Of a stretch of DNA of 64,000 nt, positions 59,969-64,000 are shown piece by piece. Source of the stretch: Vulcanimicrobiota bacterium (GTDB lineage Bacteria; Vulcanimicrobiota; Vulcanimicrobiia; Vulcanimicrobiales; Vulcanimicrobiaceae); NCBI GenBank assembly GCA_963714015.1, contig OY970223.1, positions 672,001 to 736,000 on the forward strand, read 5' to 3'. The notes beneath the pieces were generated by a model. It was not told the DNA's origin, did no database searches, and was given only the letters and a program-made list of their open reading frames with translations. Position 1 is the first letter of the stretch. Every line of letters starts with the position of its first letter. The position numbers and the translations under genes are program-made.

Positions 59969-62900
59969 GTGGCCGCACCCGACCGCCCGACGACCAGCTC
60001 GCTGACCGGCGTCTTCGCTGCAGGCTCTCCACCGCTTATGGAGAGTCTGCGCACGCTTGTGGTCACGCCGCGGCGCGCCGTAACGCCGGGCGAGACGATA
60101 CGCGTAGAGTTCGCCTTCTCGAATCTCGGCGGCGCCACCGCGACGAACGTGCGCGTTCGTTTTGCCGTGCCGTCCGGCGTCTCGCACGTTGAAGGCAGCG
60201 ACACCGTCGACGATGCTCCGCTGCAGATCGAGAGATTCGATGCGATAGAAGGTGCACTGCTCGGCGATCTGGCTCCGAATGCTCAGCGGCGCGTCGCTTG
60301 CAGCTTCCGCGTGAACGATCGCGTCGAAGACGCCTCGGAGCTCCTTTTTCAAGCGGCGCTCGCAACGGATCAAACGCCGGTCGTTGCCTCGAACGCGGAA
60401 CGGCTTCTCGTTCGCAGTCAGCCGCAGTCTGCAGAACGCCTCGACACTGGTCACGCTCAGCGCTCCCGAAGATCTGCGGCCGGGCAGTGTCGTCACGGTT
60501 CGCGCAACGATTGCCAACACCGGAGCTTCGAGCGCGCACGACGGTTCGCGTCTTCCTGCCGCTTCCGCCGCACACGCAATACGTACCGCGTACCGCGCGC
60601 ATCGCCGGGACGAGTACTGCTCAACGTCGAAGACGAACCGTTCGATTATGCGTCGAGCGACGATTGCCGCCGAGCAGCTCGCACCCGGACAGAGCGTCGT
60701 CGTCGAATATCAAGCGGCAATCGACTCGCCGCTGGCCGACGGTACGCGGATTCGGGTCTTCGGCGCGGTCTCGTCGCGTGAAGTGGGCGAGTTCGACATT
60801 GGTTCCCCCGACGTCGCGGTCTTCTCGCCGCCGGACTTTACGAACGACGATACGACGCTGACCGTCTTTTGTGACGACGTCGTCTCGCCGGGTACGCGCG
60901 TGCCCATGGTCGTGCGCGTGCTCAACTCGGGAACCGGCGATGCGCAGAACGTTTCAATCACGTTCGATCTGCCGCCCGGTTTGGCGTATACGGCCGGCTC
61001 TGCGCACTTAGACGGTCAGAGCGTCAGCGACGAGGGATTTGCGGGCGCAACGTTTTCGCTTGGTACCGTTCCGTCGGCGAGAGTCGCGGACGTCGGCATT
61101 TCAGCGATCGTCACGCAACAGCAAACGGACCTGCCGATCGTCGCGACGCTGCAGTGGAAAGGCGGCCTCCGGCGCTTCTCGCGCACACTGCAAGTCCGGG
61201 TAAGCTCGCGTTTTACTCGCGCCCGCAATTTCATCGAAGCCGACCGCGGCGTTGCCGCGGCGCGTGAAGACATCACGTTCACCGTTCACGTTTTCAACGA
61301 CGGAACCGCGCCGGAAACCGATGCCCGTCTGCGCATCATTCCGGGAGCGTTCTTGGAAGACGTGCGCGTCGCCGAGTCGGCTGACGAACCCCTTCCCTAC
61401 GATCAGCCTTTCGCGCTGGGCATCGTGCAGCCGCATGGGGAGCGCACGTTCGTCGTACGGACGCGCGTCGCGTCGCCTGTTCCCGATCGTTCGCATTTGA
61501 CGTTGGGTGCGGTGCTCGAGTTCGCAAGCGGCACCTACGATTTGGGTAGTGCGACGGTCATCGTGCGCTCGCGGCCGCAAGTAACCTCGCAGAGTTGCAT
61601 GTGGGAGCGTGACGAGCGGGAGCCGATTCGTCCCGGCCAGACCCACGAAGTCGTCATCCGGTTTACGAACGAAGGCGCGGACATGCTGCGGGATGCCCGC
61701 ATGGATTTGATGCTGCCCGCCGAGCTCGCACTCGACCGCGCACAGAACGCGCGGCGGGAAGGCACGGCGTCGCTGTTCTTCGGGGACGTTGCGGCGGAGA
61801 CCACGCACGAAGCGCGCGTTGCGGTGAGGTTGGTCCGGCCGCCCAAGCGCGATCGAACGCTGATCGTGGAGGGGACGCTTTCCGGCAAGGGGATCAGCCC
61901 CGTTCAATTCGATCGTTTGGAGATACCGACGTTCGCGCAGCCGCAGTTCGCTGCCGATGCGCAGTCTGCGCTCGAATCCGTCCGAGAACGTCAATGCCGG
62001 GGAACGCGTTGCGTACGAGTTGGTTCTTCGAAATAGCGGTGACGGCCCCGCGGAAAACCTCTCGCTGCGCGCCGTGCCGTCGAATCTGGCCGTGTATATT
62101 CCGGGCAGCACCGCGCTCAACGGCATGATGATTCCGGACGACCTCGGTGCATCGCAACTCTGGTCGCAGCGCGGTCTGCAGCTCACCGACGTGAATCCCG
62201 GAATCGACCTGCGGGTGCGCTGGGAGATGCTCGTGATCTCGCCGCTTGGGGCCGGGACGGCGATCGAGACGCGAGTCATCGCCGAGTGGGACGGAATGCA
62301 GTCGATGGCGCTTGCGGCGCCGTCGCTAATCGTGGAATCGGCGCCCTCGCTCGCTGCGGGTGCCGCCGGTACGCCGATCTCGGTCGCGCAGCTCAGCGCG
62401 CCCTTCGAGGTGCCGTCCCCCGAAGCGATCGTTCCGCTCAAAGAAGCCGAACTGCCTGCGCCCCCCGCCGTCACTCAAGCCGCCGCCGTTCAAGAAGAAC
62501 GGCTGGTCGAGCCCGAAGCCGGAACCGCCGGTTCGGCCGGCGCCCCGTGCTGAACCGCCGGTTGTGCGCGCACCGGTCCTCTACGCCGACTTCATCGAAA
62601 ATCCACTGAGCCAAACGATTCGCGCGTTGGAGAAGAACGCAGGCGGCGGTTTGATTCCGCACGTCTTTGCGATTCGCGCGCTCTCCCCGAACGCAATTGC
62701 CGGCGCGCGGCCGGAGCTGGCGCAAAACGTCGAAAATGCCGCCGTCGCCATGCGCGCGCCGCTCGATCGCTTCTTCGTGCGTCTGCGTACCCCGGGCGTT
62801 ACGGTCACGGCAAAAGATTTGGAAGATCGCGAGAGCCGCTTCGCACTCCGCACCCTCGTCGACGCCGTCTTGGAAGCTTCGCCCGCGCCCCCGCCGCCGC

Positions 62901-63240
62901 GCCCTTCAGGCATCGTGCGTCTAAGCGGAAGCGTCAATCTGGAAGCCGTTCGCGCGCGCCGGGATGAGTTGGAGCGCTCGCCGCTGGGCTCGGTCGCCCC
63001 ATGGATCGTGAATGCCGGTTTGCTGGGGTCGCGGATCGAGTACGATGACGGCGGGCGCAGCGAGGTACTCGGCCAATACCGCGACGAGCTGATCAAAGTC
63101 TTCAGCGTTCTGGAGACGCTGCCGATGCCGGAGTTTCATCGCGTCCTGGGTTCGAGCGTGAATCGCATGCTCGACGATGCGCTGTCCGTAGTGCTCGAAG
63201 CACTGCGAACGGCGGCTCACCTTGCAGTTACCGAGTACGC
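59969..63240 (+). CDS. Large 6x DUF11-like repeat protein with helical C-terminal domain, paralog B (multiple frameshifts; end approximate)
   Basis: Colinear with paralog A across ORFs 59969-60781, 60384-62036, 61957-62553 and 62360-63307. Confidence 0.7.
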
Positions 63241-63543
63241 TGGGATTTCGTCATCGCGGCGGGCTTTGTCGCCGGCCTGCTGCTTTTCGTCTTCAGTTCG
63301 GTGCTGATGCGCGCATCCAATCGGCGGGACAAACTTGGCGCGGCGAACGTTTCGTGGCCCGAGCTGGTCGACGACGACATTCAAGAGACCGATGCCGGCG
63401 TGCGTCTGGAGATGGTGGAACGGCTCGCCATGGTTCCGGGCGCCTGGAGCCGCGGCGTTTTGGAGCAAGCCCAACGCGAAGAGCGCGAAGCCGGCGTGCG
63501 ATCGGCGATCGACCGTGCGCTCGCGGCTTTGAATAACGGCTAA
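63235..63543 (+). CDS. Membrane-anchored HEAT-like protein, paralog B (start uncertain)
   Basis: In-frame TM RWDFVIAAGFVAGLLLFVFSS upstream of the listed start 63301; VSW.E...RLEMVERLA..WS..VLEQA..EE...VR.AI..AL resembles paralog A. Confidence 0.6.
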   Translation, partial: VRWDFVIAAGFVAGLLLFVFSSVLMRASNRRDKLGAANVSWPELVDDDIQETDAGVRLEMVERLAMVPGAWSRGVLEQAQREEREAGVRSAIDRALAALNNG

Positions 63544-64000
63544 GGCTTCTTGTTGAAGTACTTGACCAGAATGTCGCGCGCGATCGGCGCCGCAACTTGC
63601 GAGCCGTAGCCGCCGGATCGATCGACGAATACGGCCATGGCCATCTTTGCGTGATTGGCCGGCGCGTAAGCAACGAACCAGGTCGTGTTCGGGCCGCTGC
63701 CGCCGGCCGTTTCGGCCGTCCCCGTCTTGCCGCCGTAAGGCAAACCGTCGATCGCCAAACCATACGCGGTGCCCCACGGCTCCGTCACTTGGTCCATCCC
63801 TTCGCGCACCGCTTTGAGCGCTTCTTGCGTCACCGGAACCCGGCGAACGATTTGCGGCGGAAAGGTTTTGACGACGTGTCCGCGCGGGTCACGCACTTCC
63901 GCGACGATTTGCGGTTTGTAGAGCGTGCCGCCGTTGATTACGGCCGACTCGACGTTGGCCATCTGCAGCGGCGTAGCTTGCAGCGCGCCTTGCCCGATCG
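63540..64000 (-). CDS. mrdA: Penicillin-binding protein 2, C-terminal part (truncated by the window edge)
   Basis: IGQGALQATPLQMA, NGG.LYKP, GGKTGTAE, WFVAYAP, AAPIARDIL. Confidence 0.85.
   Translation of the reverse strand, partial: IGQGALQATPLQMANVESAVINGGTLYKPQIVAEVRDPRGHVVKTFPPQIVRRVPVTQEALKAVREGMDQVTEPWGTAYGLAIDGLPYGGKTGTAETAGGSGPNTTWFVAYAPANHAKMAMAVFVDRSGGYGSQVAAPIARDILVKYFNKKP

Overview
GC-rich bacterial chromosome window centred on the replication origin. Leftward (minus strand): dnaA-dnaN-recF-dciA-gyrB, followed directly by a ~23 kb outer-membrane/LPS biogenesis cluster (tamB, bamA, three Skp/OmpH paralogs, lpxD-lpxC-fabZ-lpxA-lpxB, a metallophosphoesterase, an LpxB-like glycosyltransferase, O-antigen ligase, lptC-lptB-lptF/G, DUF3084-like, yqgF-like, a beta-barrel-like protein), then recQ and dnaX-ybaB-recR. 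Rightward (plus strand): rpmH-rnpA-yidD-yidC-jag-mnmE-mnmG-rsmG, a parS site, a CCA/HD nucleotidyltransferase, parA-parB, thiE-thiD, trpS, a degenerate GGDEF protein, an aminotransferase (minus strand), a tandemly duplicated two-gene module (6x DUF11-like repeat protein + small membrane-anchored helical protein) and the 3' end of mrdA (minus strand). Gene content suggests a diderm Terrabacteria lineage such as Eremiobacterota (inference only). About 20 apparent frameshifts, including in essential genes, point to sequencing/assembly indels. I recognised no rRNA, tRNA, CRISPR array or transposase. Most interesting: (1) a 104-bp structured repeat that ends at the start codons of gyrB (3 tandem copies) and lpxA, supplies their Shine-Dalgarno and is bridged at both loci by an ORF running from the upstream gene's stop to the downstream start; (2) a GNRE-motif phosphoesterase coupled to lpxB that may fill the missing LpxH/LpxI step; (3) the duplicated signal-less DUF11 module with an upstream OmpR/PhoB-type direct repeat; (4) RecQ with a PcrA/UvrD-like C-terminal domain; (5) repeated apparent non-canonical start codons. 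All product calls come from motif recognition and gene context; no database search was run.
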